A program made the translations under genes and the position numbers. The notes under the pieces were generated by a model, which searched no databases, was not told the DNA's origin, and was given only the letters and a program-made list of their open reading frames with translations. A stretch of DNA of 64,000 nucleotides from Spirochaetaceae bacterium (GTDB lineage: Bacteria > Spirochaetota > Spirochaetia > DSM-2461): positions 1,856,001 through 1,920,000 of the forward strand of contig OZ245056.1 in the NCBI GenBank assembly GCA_965224705.1, written 5' to 3'. Every line of letters begins with the position of its first letter. Positions within the stretch are counted from its first letter, which is position 1. This document shows, piece by piece, positions 1-10,502 of the stretch.

Positions 1-1
1 G

Positions 2-379
2 GTTTTTGACAACGTAGAATACCCAATCCTACGCTCCGAATTAACAAAAACAATGCGCAAGGAAAGGGTGTCCAATCTTCTTGAGGAAGTAGGGCTGGGG
101 GATTTCATGCACAGGTTTCCAAGGGAACTGTCGGGAGGGCAAATGCAGAGGGTGGCCATTGCCAGAGCCCTGGTGGCTCATCCAAAACTCATCATTGCAG
201 ATGAACCAACAGCCAACCTGGATTCCAAAACAGGGCAGAGGATCCTGGAACTTCTCGGTCGAATACAGGATGAACAGGGAGCTTCGGTTATTATTGCCTC
301 CCACGACGGCAATGTTCTGGACAGGATTACAACACAATTATTCATTCAGGATGGAGTTATATACAATGGAAACAATTGA
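2..379 (+). CDS. ABC transporter ATP-binding protein (LolD/MacB-like), 5' part outside window
   Basis: Frame is open from position 2 (VFDNVEYP...). Signature [15 protein letters not shown], Walker B IIADEPTANLD, switch ASHD. Confidence 0.9.
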   Translation, partial: VFDNVEYPILRSELTKTMRKERVSNLLEEVGLGDFMHRFPRELSGGQMQRVAIARALVAHPKLIIADEPTANLDSKTGQRILELLGRIQDEQGASVIIASHDGNVLDRITTQLFIQDGVIYNGNN

Positions 380-1595
380 ATTAAAAATCGCCGTTAGAAA
401 CCTGATAGCAAATTCCAGAAGAACTCTTCTGACTCTTTTTATTATTATCATTGGTTTAACGGCAATTCTTTTCATTGCCGGTTACATCAACATGGTTCGA
501 GTTGGATTTGGAGAAATACTGATCGGTGAGAAATACACTCATTTCCAAATATACAGAAAAGGGTTTCTGGAATTGGATGACAGATCTTCCATGAAGTTTT
601 CACTATCCCCCGATGATATTGCAACTATTGAATCAATTTTGCTGAAGCGAGATGAGGTGATGGCTGTGTTTCCGAGAATCAATGTACAGGGAGTCATCGG
701 GAATGTGGATGTATCCAAGCTCTTCCTCGGCTACGGTTCCGATCCTTATTATGAAAACCTCATGACTTATGGAACTATTCTGGAAGGGATGAAGCTGTCG
801 GAGGAGGATCCCTACATGTGTGTTATCGGATCAGGTCTGGCTGAAAAACTCAACGCTTCGCTGGATGACCCACTGTTGGTTTCGGTTCCAAATGACGGTG
901 GAGGACTTGAAGCAGAAAGCCTTGTCGTCGGCGGAATTGCCAATTTTGGCCCCAAGGAACTCAACGATACAGCGGTACTGGTTTCTCTGGAAGTCGCTCG
1001 ATCGCTTCATTATACAGAGAATGCCCAATCTATTATGGTGCTGCTTGATGAAACAAAACATCTTGAAGAAACGTATGCGTACTTCCTGGATGAAGCCGAC
1101 AAAGCAAATCTGGACATTGAAACAAAAACATGGATTGAGATGGATCCCTTCTACCTTTCGGTCATGAGAGATTACACCTTTCAGCTTAATCTGATCGCTA
1201 CAATTTTTCTTTTTGTTATACTGCTGGCCGTCAGCAATACAATTTACATGGCCATCATTGAAAGAACTCCGGAAATTGGAACATTGAGAGCCATTGGAAT
1301 TTCCCGGATGGAGATAATAAGAACCATCCTTCTGGAGGGATTGATTCTGGGAATAATTGGAGTATTGTCAGGTGTGGGCATCGGATATCTCATTCAGTAC
1401 ATACTGCGCATTGTCTACGTTGAGCTTCCCCCCCCGCCCTCCCTGACAGAACCCATACGGCTGGCCATTCAACTGAGAGTTCAGGATGTTGTTTTCTACA
1501 GCGGACTTCTTGCTGTTTGTTCCGTAATCGCAACACTGTTCCCCGGGCTCAAAGCATCCAATACGAATATTGTTTCAGCAATCAGACACGCTTAG
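366..1595 (+). CDS. FtsX/LolE-family ABC permease
   Basis: ATG at 366 overlaps the upstream gene. N-terminal AVRNLIANSRRTLLT plus TM, periplasmic domain, C-terminal ERTPEIGTLRAIG FtsX motif and three TMs. Confidence 0.9.
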   Translation: METIELKIAVRNLIANSRRTLLTLFIIIIGLTAILFIAGYINMVRVGFGEILIGEKYTHFQIYRKGFLELDDRSSMKFSLSPDDIATIESILLKRDEVMAVFPRINVQGVIGNVDVSKLFLGYGSDPYYENLMTYGTILEGMKLSEEDPYMCVIGSGLAEKLNASLDDPLLVSVPNDGGGLEAESLVVGGIANFGPKELNDTAVLVSLEVARSLHYTENAQSIMVLLDETKHLEETYAYFLDEADKANLDIETKTWIEMDPFYLSVMRDYTFQLNLIATIFLFVILLAVSNTIYMAIIERTPEIGTLRAIGISRMEIIRTILLEGLILGIIGVLSGVGIGYLIQYILRIVYVELPPPPSLTEPIRLAIQLRVQDVVFYSGLLAVCSVIATLFPGLKASNTNIVSAIRHA

Positions 1596-1604
1596 GAGGT
1601 TGTT

Positions 1605-2333
1605 ATGAGAATCAAGTGTTTTTTATCATTGTTCCTTGCATTGAATATGGGACTGTTTGCCCAGAACCAGACAGACCAGGAATTTCTGGACGCATTGAGA
1701 AGTGAAAGCGGTTTTGCTCCTCAGTTCAAGGCTGAAATGCTCTTCGAGGTCAGTACACCGGGAGGAGCACCCTCATCAGCGACTCTTACACTCTATGAAA
1801 ATAGCGGTAGCTCTATCGCCAAATTCCTCAGTCCGGCAAGAGATAAAGGGAAAACAGTTTTGCAAAAGGGAAGCAAGTACTGGATGTATTTTCCAAAAGC
1901 AAAGCGGTCCACAGTCCTTTCGCCCCTGGCGAATATGGTGGGGAATGCATCCAATGGAGATGTTCTCAGACCCCCAAAAGCCTCTCTTTATGATATTACC
2001 CTGCTTGACACAGAGCCCAGGGTAGGAAATCGAGTTGTGCAGTTTATAGCATCAGCACGAACAGCCCCCTATGGCAAAGTTATTTCCCATTATGAAGATG
2101 ATAAAATACTCGAATCAGAAATGTATACGCGCAGTGGAATACTGATGAAAAAATCCTATTTCTATGAACACAGGAAGAATACCGAAGGGTTTGGATGGAT
2201 GCCTCTCAAGAGCCGCATTGTTGATGGTCAAAATGAGGAAAAGTTCACCGATATAACCTTTACGAATGTCGAGATCCTTAAGAATATCAATGAAAACTGG
2301 TTCAATCCCAATAATTTGGGAAGAGTTCGGTAA
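1605..2333 (+). CDS. Outer membrane lipoprotein-sorting protein (LolA-like)
   Basis: SD AGGAGG, signal peptide, family-typical FLSPARDKGK..L...YWMYFPKAKR motif and C-terminal WFNPNNL. Confidence 0.8.
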   Translation: MRIKCFLSLFLALNMGLFAQNQTDQEFLDALRSESGFAPQFKAEMLFEVSTPGGAPSSATLTLYENSGSSIAKFLSPARDKGKTVLQKGSKYWMYFPKAKRSTVLSPLANMVGNASNGDVLRPPKASLYDITLLDTEPRVGNRVVQFIASARTAPYGKVISHYEDDKILESEMYTRSGILMKKSYFYEHRKNTEGFGWMPLKSRIVDGQNEEKFTDITFTNVEILKNINENWFNPNNLGRVR

Positions 2334-3730
2334 TGAAGGGGCAGAGAATTGATATCAGGACTATCTTCTGTCTGTCTCTGGGCAGTTTGATTCTTTCAGG
2401 TGAGGAATCGTTGTCCGCTCAGGCAATAACGGCCGCCGCCTCTGCGGAGTTCAAATGGCATCCTTATGGCAGCGTAATTAACAGTCAATCGGCCCTGAAT
2501 CCCGATAATTATCTGAAATTGCAAAACCTGACTAACAGGGCTGCATCATCATTCTGGTTTGACATTTACTTTGGAAACTTCATGCAGCTCAGCGGGAACA
2601 TGGAATTGACGGCCAATAATAACCGAAGTCAGCGGCTGATCGATACCTCTACCGGTGAGGATTATTCCACTCTGGGCGATCTCACCCTGGGATTTGATCA
2701 GATTTATCTTGAGTGGACAACTCCAAACTACTGGTATCTTGGGTATGGGAAGTATCCACTTCGATATGGATATTCCCGCGTTTACTCTCCCCTGAATTAT
2801 ACAGCCCGAGCTCTGGATTATCGGGACACCCTGGGTCAGTGGAATGGGTGGTTTAAGGGAAATATTGGCCCCGTCAATTTTGCGTTGAACTACTTGCCTT
2901 CGGTTCGGTTTAAAAGCAACCCAAATGATAAGAATGACGTAGAGAGGTTTTTCTCAAGCATGGAAACCCTTACCGATAGACAAACCCTCATTGTATCCAT
3001 GTCCGGATTTTTCTTCGACAGCCTGGATACCAGTCTGTATTTCAATATGCAGGATAAGAATCATTATGACTTCCAGGAATTCTATCTCTCCATGGGAGGC
3101 GGTTTTTCCTGGTCCATTCTGGACAAGCTTATCTGGCGATCGGAATTTCTCTATGGAAACGGTTATGATGATGTGAAGGTTGTACAGTCTTCCGGCACCA
3201 GCATTCCTGTTCTTCCTCAGCAGGAATGGATTGATCGAAATCTCAATCAATACTTTGCCAAAGCTCTCACCGGTCTTACCGTTACCATCCCGGGTGATAT
3301 TGAGTTATCCGCCGAATACTACTTCAATGGGGCCGGACTGTCGGCCTCCGACCGCAGGGATTTCATCGATGCCCTGAAGATTTCAGGCGATGCCCTGGAG
3401 AATGCATCTTTTGGTGAAGATGTGAAATCGGCCTATAAAGGATTTCTCGGGGCTGGAATTGACAACTGGAAAGTTTACGAGTTGGGCCAGCACTATGCGT
3501 TTTTGCAAATAAGAAAGCTTGGCCTTTTCCAGAGATTGGATATCATCAATACATCTATTCTGCTGGCAGATGATCTGTCATTTGCGAACGTCACGACTCT
3601 GACATACAATTTCAGCGACAATTTCACTGCAGGAGCAGAAATCCGATTCTTTCTGTTCCCGAATGATGGCGCCTACAGTCTGACGCCGGAAGCATTTCGG
3701 TGTGAACTGAATGCTCAATATAGTTTCTAG
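2333..3730 (+). CDS. Hypothetical protein, predicted outer-membrane beta-barrel
   Basis: Coupled to the previous gene (TAATG). Signal-like N-terminus, alternating aromatic beta strands (DQIYLEW, LSAEYYFNGAG), C-terminal AQYSF. Confidence 0.6.
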   Translation: MKGQRIDIRTIFCLSLGSLILSGEESLSAQAITAAASAEFKWHPYGSVINSQSALNPDNYLKLQNLTNRAASSFWFDIYFGNFMQLSGNMELTANNNRSQRLIDTSTGEDYSTLGDLTLGFDQIYLEWTTPNYWYLGYGKYPLRYGYSRVYSPLNYTARALDYRDTLGQWNGWFKGNIGPVNFALNYLPSVRFKSNPNDKNDVERFFSSMETLTDRQTLIVSMSGFFFDSLDTSLYFNMQDKNHYDFQEFYLSMGGGFSWSILDKLIWRSEFLYGNGYDDVKVVQSSGTSIPVLPQQEWIDRNLNQYFAKALTGLTVTIPGDIELSAEYYFNGAGLSASDRRDFIDALKISGDALENASFGEDVKSAYKGFLGAGIDNWKVYELGQHYAFLQIRKLGLFQRLDIINTSILLADDLSFANVTTLTYNFSDNFTAGAEIRFFLFPNDGAYSLTPEAFRCELNAQYSF

Positions 3731-3738
3731 GGGGAAAA

Positions 3739-4938
3739 ATGACCAGGATTAAACGGGCTCTGCTGAGTTCACTTCTAATAACGGTATCCGCTGTGGGATG
3801 GTCGCAGGCAGAAATCAAGGATGATAGTTATTTGATCAAAGAAATCAATATCTCGGATTCAGATATGTCTGACACATATATCCGGCGGCTTCTGACCTTC
3901 AAGGAAGGCGACCATATGTCCGATGAGGAACTGGAAAAGGCCCTGTCACTCTCACGGGTGCTGGCACAGAACGACAGTAGTATTTACTTAATTGAGTTTG
4001 AGACCCGGAAAAATAACTCTGACCTGTTTGTTGAAGTCATTGTGTACGATGCCGTTGTGAAGTTCTCCTTTGGAGCATTCTCAACGGGTCCTGTCATTGA
4101 ATATCGAAACCTGTTTGGAGAGGGCATTGATGTGGGCACTCATCTGGGTTTTTCCCGGCAAATGCTGTCTCTGAACTGGAAACGGATAGCCAATGCCCCC
4201 ATTGGCTTCTCCTTTCTGGCTGGCCATCAGATTTTTAATGAATTCGAGGCAGACTACCGGACATCAGCCCTTGGTTCCACCAACCGCCTGTATCTCTGGC
4301 TTGGACGTCACATTAATCTGGGTGTGCTGAATGAAGTCTATGCAAACCTCAGCGGCGGATGGGAAGAGGCCGGAGGTATCACAACTCTGGGTCTTGGCGG
4401 GTATCTCCACATGGACTACTACTACCTTATTGACCTGGTCGATATAGGATTTGAGCTGGATGCCGGATATCTTCATTACTTGCAGGATTTAAACAATGCC
4501 AACAAAGTCTATGCTAAGAGCAGGATATACATTCGTCCATTCAATACCAATCGGATGGCCTTTGAAATCGCCGCACATTTACATCTAGCCGATAATGATC
4601 TGGTATCCCGGGGGAAGAATGCCTTATCAGCGGATACGGGCCGAACAGCCTGGGATCTCGGACTCTACATTCCTGTTCTACTGGGCAGAATCTCCGGCGG
4701 TGCGGAATACTACATAGGCCTGGAACCCGGTGTTATCATGGGAAGGGCTGGAACCGATGAGTTGGAATTATCCAATCCCAATGTGGGAATTTCTCTTGCA
4801 CCAGTTTTACAAATCGGATTTCCCGCTTCGATAAAAGTGGCGGCAAGATTGATATATAATATAAGCGAGGAGAGGTTTTCGTTTCATCTTGGATTCAGCA
4901 ACATGCCCTATACGAAAGAATTGGATAAGGGGTGGTAG
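3739..4938 (+). CDS. Exported protein with POTRA-like N-terminus and predicted beta-barrel (Omp85-like)
   Basis: Signal peptide; IKEINIS...YIRRLLTFKEGD resembles POTRA; IEYRNLFGEG resembles the Omp85 barrel-start motif NLFG.G. Confidence 0.55.
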   Translation: MTRIKRALLSSLLITVSAVGWSQAEIKDDSYLIKEINISDSDMSDTYIRRLLTFKEGDHMSDEELEKALSLSRVLAQNDSSIYLIEFETRKNNSDLFVEVIVYDAVVKFSFGAFSTGPVIEYRNLFGEGIDVGTHLGFSRQMLSLNWKRIANAPIGFSFLAGHQIFNEFEADYRTSALGSTNRLYLWLGRHINLGVLNEVYANLSGGWEEAGGITTLGLGGYLHMDYYYLIDLVDIGFELDAGYLHYLQDLNNANKVYAKSRIYIRPFNTNRMAFEIAAHLHLADNDLVSRGKNALSADTGRTAWDLGLYIPVLLGRISGGAEYYIGLEPGVIMGRAGTDELELSNPNVGISLAPVLQIGFPASIKVAARLIYNISEERFSFHLGFSNMPYTKELDKGW

Positions 4939-4955
4939 GATGAAATGCAATGCCG

Positions 4956-5696
4956 CTACAGTATATGTCTGAGAAATTCCCTGGTTCTCTCTTCTTTCTG
5001 ATTGTCGAATACATCCTCTGATGTCCCAACCTCAACAATTTCTCCTTCATCCATGAAGACAACGCGGTCTGCCGCAGCCCTGGCAAAACCCATCTCATGG
5101 GAAACAACCATCATAGTCATTCCATCTCTAGCCAGATCCAGCATAACATCAAGGACTTCTTTGACCATTTCCGGATCAAGGGCACTGGTTGGTTCATCAA
5201 AGAGCATAACTTTTGGTTCCATAGCCAGAGCTCTGGCAATAGCAACCCTCTGTTTCTGACCCCCTGAAAGCTGTCCGGGATAGGCATCTTCCCTGTCGGC
5301 CAGGCCAACGCGGCTTAACAGTTCCCTGGCCTTGAATTCCGCATCCCTGCGGCTGAGTTTTTTCACCTTGACCGGTGCCAGGCAGATGTTATCGAGAACT
5401 GAAAGATGGGGAAAAAGATTGAATCCCTGAAAAACCATGCCGGTTTCTTCCCGGATCTTTCGAATATCCGCATCAGGGCCAACCAATGGATCACCATCAA
5501 CGAATATCTGTCCGCCCGTCAGAGTTTCCAGGCGATTTATGCTGCGGAGAAGAGTGCTTTTTCCCGATCCCGAAGGTCCGATAACAAGGATAACTTCACC
5601 TTCAGCAACCTGCAGGCTGACCTTCTTCAGAGCCATGACGACCCCGAAATCCTTCTCCACATTCTGAATGTCAACCATAGTTTTCCTATCGTTCAT
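4956..5696 (-). CDS. glnQ: Polar amino-acid ABC transporter ATP-binding protein
   Basis: [39 protein letters not shown]. Confidence 0.92.
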   Translation of the reverse strand: MNDRKTMVDIQNVEKDFGVVMALKKVSLQVAEGEVILVIGPSGSGKSTLLRSINRLETLTGGQIFVDGDPLVGPDADIRKIREETGMVFQGFNLFPHLSVLDNICLAPVKVKKLSRRDAEFKARELLSRVGLADREDAYPGQLSGGQKQRVAIARALAMEPKVMLFDEPTSALDPEMVKEVLDVMLDLARDGMTMMVVSHEMGFARAAADRVVFMDEGEIVEVGTSEDVFDNQKEERTREFLRHIL

Positions 5697-6486
5697 GGCG
5701 TTTCATCCTGTCTTCAATCAAAGCGACTATTCTTGAAAGGATCAGTGTGCAGGCCAGGTACACAAGTGCAACCATTGCATAGGTTTCCAGGGAGAGGAAT
5801 GTCCGGGAGACATATTCACGCCCGCGGCGGAGTATATCCCTCAGCGCGATAACCGATACCAGAGAAGAATCCTTGAGCATGGCAATGAACTCGTTTCCTA
5901 TTGCGGGTATGATGATTTTTAACGTCTGCGGCATGATGATGTAGCGCATCGCTTGAGTTCGGGAAAGTCCTACAGCCAATGCGGCTTCCATCTGCCCTCT
6001 GGGTATGGCTTCAATACCGGCTCGAAAAATTTCGCCCATGTAGGCTCCGTAGCATACTGACAGGGCAATGATTGCGGCAGGAATGCCATCGAGATGGAAA
6101 AACTTACCCAGGGCAAAGTAGATGAAAATGAGCTGCACCAGGAGTGGAATCCCGCGAATCATCTCAACGTAAACACCGGAAATGAGTTGTAATATGCGAA
6201 CCTTTGCAATCTGACCCAGGCCCGTGAAAAGGCCCAGCAGCACCGATCCAGAGATGGCACCCAGAGTAACACCAAAAGTCAGCGGAGCACCTTTAATAAC
6301 AACTCTGAATACCTGACTGTACGGATCTTTGACGACAAGGATCAGGACAATCAAACCAATAACTGTAAAAGCAATGGTAAGCCACCATGAGTTAATGATG
6401 TATCCTTTTCCTTTCGTCGGTAAGAGTGCCCCGTCCGTTACTTCTATTGGACGCGGCTCATCATGAGAATATTTCAGCGCAGCCAC
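5686..6486 (-). CDS. Polar amino-acid ABC transporter permease (HisM/GlnP family)
   Basis: [32 protein letters not shown] (EAA loop), LKDSSL. Confidence 0.92.
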   Translation of the reverse strand: MAALKYSHDEPRPIEVTDGALLPTKGKGYIINSWWLTIAFTVIGLIVLILVVKDPYSQVFRVVIKGAPLTFGVTLGAISGSVLLGLFTGLGQIAKVRILQLISGVYVEMIRGIPLLVQLIFIYFALGKFFHLDGIPAAIIALSVCYGAYMGEIFRAGIEAIPRGQMEAALAVGLSRTQAMRYIIMPQTLKIIIPAIGNEFIAMLKDSSLVSVIALRDILRRGREYVSRTFLSLETYAMVALVYLACTLILSRIVALIEDRMKRHER

Positions 6487-7226
6487 TTCTTGACCAGTTC
6501 GGCCTGAGTTCCATCAGCGAACACTCTGGCTATACCACTGTTAATCAGCTTGAGGAGTTCCTCATTACCTTTGTGTACAGCAATACCATATTCCTCTTCT
6601 GTGAATGGTTCACCCAGTATCTTCAGTTTACCCTTGAAGTTTTCATTAGCAGACACATAATCAACAGCAGTGACGGAATCGCATACGGCGGCATCAAGGT
6701 TGCCATTGACCAGATCTTCCACGGCCAAACCGATGTCATCATAGGCACGGCGATCAATACCGCCAATGTCTTCAACCGCAAAATCACCGGTCGTGCCCTG
6801 CTGGACACCCACTTTCATGCCAGTGAAATCAGAGAGCTGATCACCACCGCTGTAATTGAAAGGAACGATGAGAATTTGACCGGCGTTAATATAGGGATCC
6901 GAAAAATCCATTGTTAGAGCCCGTTCTTCGGTAATTGTAACAGAACTGATAATAGCATCGTAGGCACCATTGGCCAGACCGGCAAATATTCCATCCCAGC
7001 CCGTATTTTGAACTTCATACTCAAATTCTGCAGCTTCCGCTACAGCCGCCAGGAAGTCCATATCAAAACCAACTATGTCACCTTCATCGTTGACATATTC
7101 CATTGGGGGCCATGTAGCATCCGATGCAAATACATAAACCCTGCTTTCTTTCTTACAGCTATTCAAACTGATGACCATTGTTGCAGCCAGTGAAATAGCC
7201 AGAGTAATGAGAAATATTCTCTTCAT
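6474..7226 (-). CDS. Basic amino-acid ABC transporter substrate-binding lipoprotein (SBP family 3)
   Basis: Start 7226 after SD AGGAG. Lipobox-like LNSC; DATWPPME, GFDMD, DFSDPY, GVQQGTTG. Confidence 0.9.
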   Translation of the reverse strand: MKRIFLITLAISLAATMVISLNSCKKESRVYVFASDATWPPMEYVNDEGDIVGFDMDFLAAVAEAAEFEYEVQNTGWDGIFAGLANGAYDAIISSVTITEERALTMDFSDPYINAGQILIVPFNYSGGDQLSDFTGMKVGVQQGTTGDFAVEDIGGIDRRAYDDIGLAVEDLVNGNLDAAVCDSVTAVDYVSANENFKGKLKILGEPFTEEEYGIAVHKGNEELLKLINSGIARVFADGTQAELVKKWLR

Positions 7227-7371
7227 AAATTGTTCTCCTTTCTGCCAGTTTACAGGATCGAGGAAGAAATGCGAAGTTTGTAAGCCGTAAAAAGTCAAAT
7301 TTATTGACTTTGCGCAGTCATTGCTTCCACTGGCAGTTTTGTGCTACTATGCTTCTCCATGGAGGAATTCT

Positions 7372-8748
7372 ATGAAAACAGTCAGTCAAAACTCGGATCT
7401 TATTTTCGGTCTGGAAGATAAGCCATCGGTTTCCACGTCAATTTTTGCCGGTCTGCAGCACCTGCTTTCAATTTTCGTTGGCATTGTAACACCCCCCATA
7501 ATTATTTGTGGTGCACTTGGGTTCGATCTGCCGACGAAAGCTTTCATCATCAACATGGCTCTTTTTGCTTCGGGAATATCCACATTTATACAGATCCGGA
7601 GAATTGGACCAGTTGGTTCCGGCCTGCTGAGTGTTCAGGGTACCAGTTTCACATTCCTGGGTACGGTACTGGCCATTGGTTTTGCTGTCAAAGGTGATGG
7701 GGGCAGTACCAATGATATCCTGGCGACCATTTTTGGAACTTGCTTTGTGTGTTCCGCCGTTGAAATTGTCTTCAGTCGATTTATAAAGTTCCTCCGGAGT
7801 TTTATCACGCCTCTGGTAAGCGGAATTGTTGTAACTCTTATCGGCCTGTCCTTAATCCGGGTCGGTATTACCGATATTGGCGGCGGACAGTGGCTAATGG
7901 ACAATAAGCCGGAATTCTTTGCAAATGCTCAAAATCTTCTGCTGGCCGGCCTGGTTCTGGTGGTCATCGTCATCCTCAATCGCAACAGGAATAAGTTTAT
8001 CCGGCTGAGTTCCATTCTGATTGGACTTGTTCTGGGATATATAGTGGCTGGATTCATGGGCCAGGTCGATTTATCTCAATTGTCCGATTTGAGTGTTGTC
8101 AATGCCCCGATTCCATTTAAGTTTGGATTTTTTAAGATTCACTGGAGCTATGTCATACCCATGGCATTGCTCTATCTAATCACCACAGTGGAATCCATTG
8201 GTGATCTCACTGCTACCTCCATGATCTCCGGAGAACCTATTGAAGGAGATGCCTATATGAAGAGGATCTCAGGCGGTGTTCTTGGTGACGGCGTTAATTC
8301 TGCTCTTGCAGCTGTATTTAATTCCTTCCCCAATACCACTTTCAGCCAGAATAACGGTGTAATTCAATTGACTGGTGTTGCAAGTCGCCGGGTAGGTTAT
8401 TACATTGCCGGTCTATTGGTTCTGTTCGGACTGTTCCCCATTGTAGGCGGAGTATTCTCAATTATTCCAAAGTCTGTTCTGGGAGGGGCAACCATTATCA
8501 TGTTCGCAACTGTAGCCGCATCAGGTATTCGAATTATTTCTACTTCCGTTATTGACAGGCGGGGCATCATGATTATGGCCTTATCGTTTGGTTTAGGCCT
8601 GGGTGTCGTTCTGAATCCAATGATTCTTCAGAACTTCCCCCCATTCGTGAAGCAGGTATTTGGTTCTGCCATCACCACTGGTGGACTTACGGCAATCTTT
8701 CTCAATGTAATTTTACCCAAATCTCTCAGGGAACAGACTGCCTCGTAA
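7372..8748 (+). CDS. NCS2 nucleobase:cation symporter (xanthine/uric acid permease, XanP/XanQ-like)
   Basis: SD GGAGG before ATG 7372; QH motif in TM1; NAT signature FSQNNGVIQLTGVASR. Confidence 0.92.
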   Translation: MKTVSQNSDLIFGLEDKPSVSTSIFAGLQHLLSIFVGIVTPPIIICGALGFDLPTKAFIINMALFASGISTFIQIRRIGPVGSGLLSVQGTSFTFLGTVLAIGFAVKGDGGSTNDILATIFGTCFVCSAVEIVFSRFIKFLRSFITPLVSGIVVTLIGLSLIRVGITDIGGGQWLMDNKPEFFANAQNLLLAGLVLVVIVILNRNRNKFIRLSSILIGLVLGYIVAGFMGQVDLSQLSDLSVVNAPIPFKFGFFKIHWSYVIPMALLYLITTVESIGDLTATSMISGEPIEGDAYMKRISGGVLGDGVNSALAAVFNSFPNTTFSQNNGVIQLTGVASRRVGYYIAGLLVLFGLFPIVGGVFSIIPKSVLGGATIIMFATVAASGIRIISTSVIDRRGIMIMALSFGLGLGVVLNPMILQNFPPFVKQVFGSAITTGGLTAIFLNVILPKSLREQTAS

Positions 8749-8761
8749 AGAATAATATCGG

Positions 8762-8787
8762 GCCTGATTCTGTCTGCAGAATCAGGC
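8762..8787 (+). terminator. Stem-loop after NCS2 gene, possible terminator
   Basis: GCCTGATTCTG-tctg-CAGAATCAGGC is a perfect 11-bp stem just past the stop codon; no clear U-tract. Confidence 0.4.
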
Positions 8788-8948
8788 TCAAAGGCACGAA
8801 AAATTTTGTAATAAAAGCAGCAGACCTGCATGGCATTTCCAATAGTGCGGAAAGGATTTGTACCCACCAGTTGTCCGCCAGGAACCTATCCAGCCCCTAT
8901 GAGTACGACAGAAGGTGGGCATTGGTCAGGATTTGAAGACTCTTCTGA

Positions 8949-9044
8949 GTGTCAGAAAGCCTGGAGAATAGCGAAATGCTGCTCCATAACCGGCTCTAAT
9001 CCCCGTAGAGTGCCGGATATCGACTTTTACAGGCTTCCTGACAC
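8949..9044. mobile_element. 96-bp miniature element, GTGTCAGAAAGC terminal-repeat family (copy A)
   Basis: Left GTGTCAGAAAGCCTG, right CAGGCTTCCTGACAC (14/15 inverted match); same ends as at 14907, 28702 and 45426. Confidence 0.75.
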
Positions 9045-9232
9045 GACATAAATTAATTAATACCATTTTTATATTATTTAAAGCATGGTTTTTTCGTATT
9101 TAATTTCTACTGAAATGGTATTATTTAATATACAAAAATTGAATGAAAGTTCTATTGACTTTGAACCTGTATTTCTTCAATAATTATACCCAATATTCAT
9201 TTACATCATTGTAAAGAAAATGGAGGCATTAA

Positions 9233-10501
9233 ATGCAAATAGTTGATTCAAGGAACAGGGGCCTGGCCGGGAGTACATGGGGATTCTTCATTGGGTTCGC
9301 CGCTGTAACTCTCTTTGCCCCTCTGAGCAATTACCTTGCTCTATCACCATCACAAAGAGCGCTGCTTCTGGGTATTTCCAGCTTGACGGGGTCCCTTCTG
9401 CGAATACCATTTGCAGCATGGTGCGACACAACAGGCGGAAAAAAACCCATGATTGTGTTACTCTCACTGGCCTCGATCGGTATGCTCGGGATCTACGTGA
9501 TCCTTGGGAATACCCCGGAAAGGGTAAAAGAACTGCTGCCCACTCTACTGTTTTTCGGTGCCCTGGCAGGATGCGGTATTGCGACATTTTCTGTTGGTAT
9601 AGGTCAAACTTCGTACTGGTTCCCAAAAAAAGAGCAGGGTAAGGCTCTGGGTATTTATGCCGGTGTCGGAAATCTGGCACCCGGGATATTTGTCTTTTTG
9701 ATTACAAATTTTCTCCTTGCAGCCATCGGTGTGAGAAATACCTACCTGTTGTGGACCATTCTGTTGATTTCCGGAACGGTTTTCTATGCGTTCTTTGCCA
9801 AAAATGCATGGTATTTCCAGTTGAGATCTGCTGGAAAAAGCGACGCAGAAGCTCGGCAGATTGCTGTTGACCAATATAAACAGGAAGTTTTTCCAACAGG
9901 CACAGTTGTGCAGAGTCTCAAACAATCCGCCGGGATCTGGCAGACATGGATACTGGTTTTCGCCTACTTTCTCACTTTCGGCGGGTTTCTGGCATTAACC
10001 AACTGGTTCAAAGAGCTGTTCAGCAATTATCACGGCCTTACCCTGGCTCAGGCTGGTATGTGGACCTCCATATATTCAATTGGTGCTTCACTGGTGAGAG
10101 TTTTCTCAGGATCCATCACCGACAGGATCGGCGGACGTCAGTCCACATTGATTTTCATTGGGATTACATTTGTCGGAGCTCTTCTAATAGCTGTAACAAA
10201 CGCATATCCACTTCACATTGCGGGTCTTCTCATAATGACTGTTGGAATGGGCGGAGGCAATGCCGGTGTGTTCAAAATGGTTCCTCAATTCATACCTCAC
10301 GCCGTTGGCGGTGCTGCAGGCTGGGTTGGTGGACTGGGTGCCACTGGAGGGTTTGTTCTTCCTCTTATACTGGCATCATTTCTTACTGCGGGAACTGCGA
10401 TGGATAAGGGGTATACCAATGGATTCTATGTGTTTGTCGTGCTTTCCCTGATCGTATTCATTGCAACCGCGCTACTGCCAAAAAAGGCAAAGGAGGATTG
10501 A
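9233..10501 (+). CDS. narK: MFS nitrate/nitrite transporter (NarK family)
   Basis: SD GGAGG; GSLLRIPF, AGCGIATF nitrate-signature region, YWFPKKEQGKALGIYAGVGN, GGGNAGVFKMVP, GWVGGLGATGGF. Confidence 0.88.
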   Translation: MQIVDSRNRGLAGSTWGFFIGFAAVTLFAPLSNYLALSPSQRALLLGISSLTGSLLRIPFAAWCDTTGGKKPMIVLLSLASIGMLGIYVILGNTPERVKELLPTLLFFGALAGCGIATFSVGIGQTSYWFPKKEQGKALGIYAGVGNLAPGIFVFLITNFLLAAIGVRNTYLLWTILLISGTVFYAFFAKNAWYFQLRSAGKSDAEARQIAVDQYKQEVFPTGTVVQSLKQSAGIWQTWILVFAYFLTFGGFLALTNWFKELFSNYHGLTLAQAGMWTSIYSIGASLVRVFSGSITDRIGGRQSTLIFIGITFVGALLIAVTNAYPLHIAGLLIMTVGMGGGNAGVFKMVPQFIPHAVGGAAGWVGGLGATGGFVLPLILASFLTAGTAMDKGYTNGFYVFVVLSLIVFIATALLPKKAKED

Positions 10502-10502
10502 A

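Noticed and set aside
159..365. N-terminal extension of the FtsX permease ORF
   Set aside because: Overlaps the ATPase gene; family-like sequence begins at ATG 366.
8830..9051. 73-aa ORF
   Set aside because: It runs through miniature element copy A, with no SD or recognisable motif.
7227..9232. Purine riboswitch before the NCS2 gene or Moco riboswitch before narK
   Set aside because: I could not find the conserved cores by eye; an Infernal/Rfam scan would settle it.
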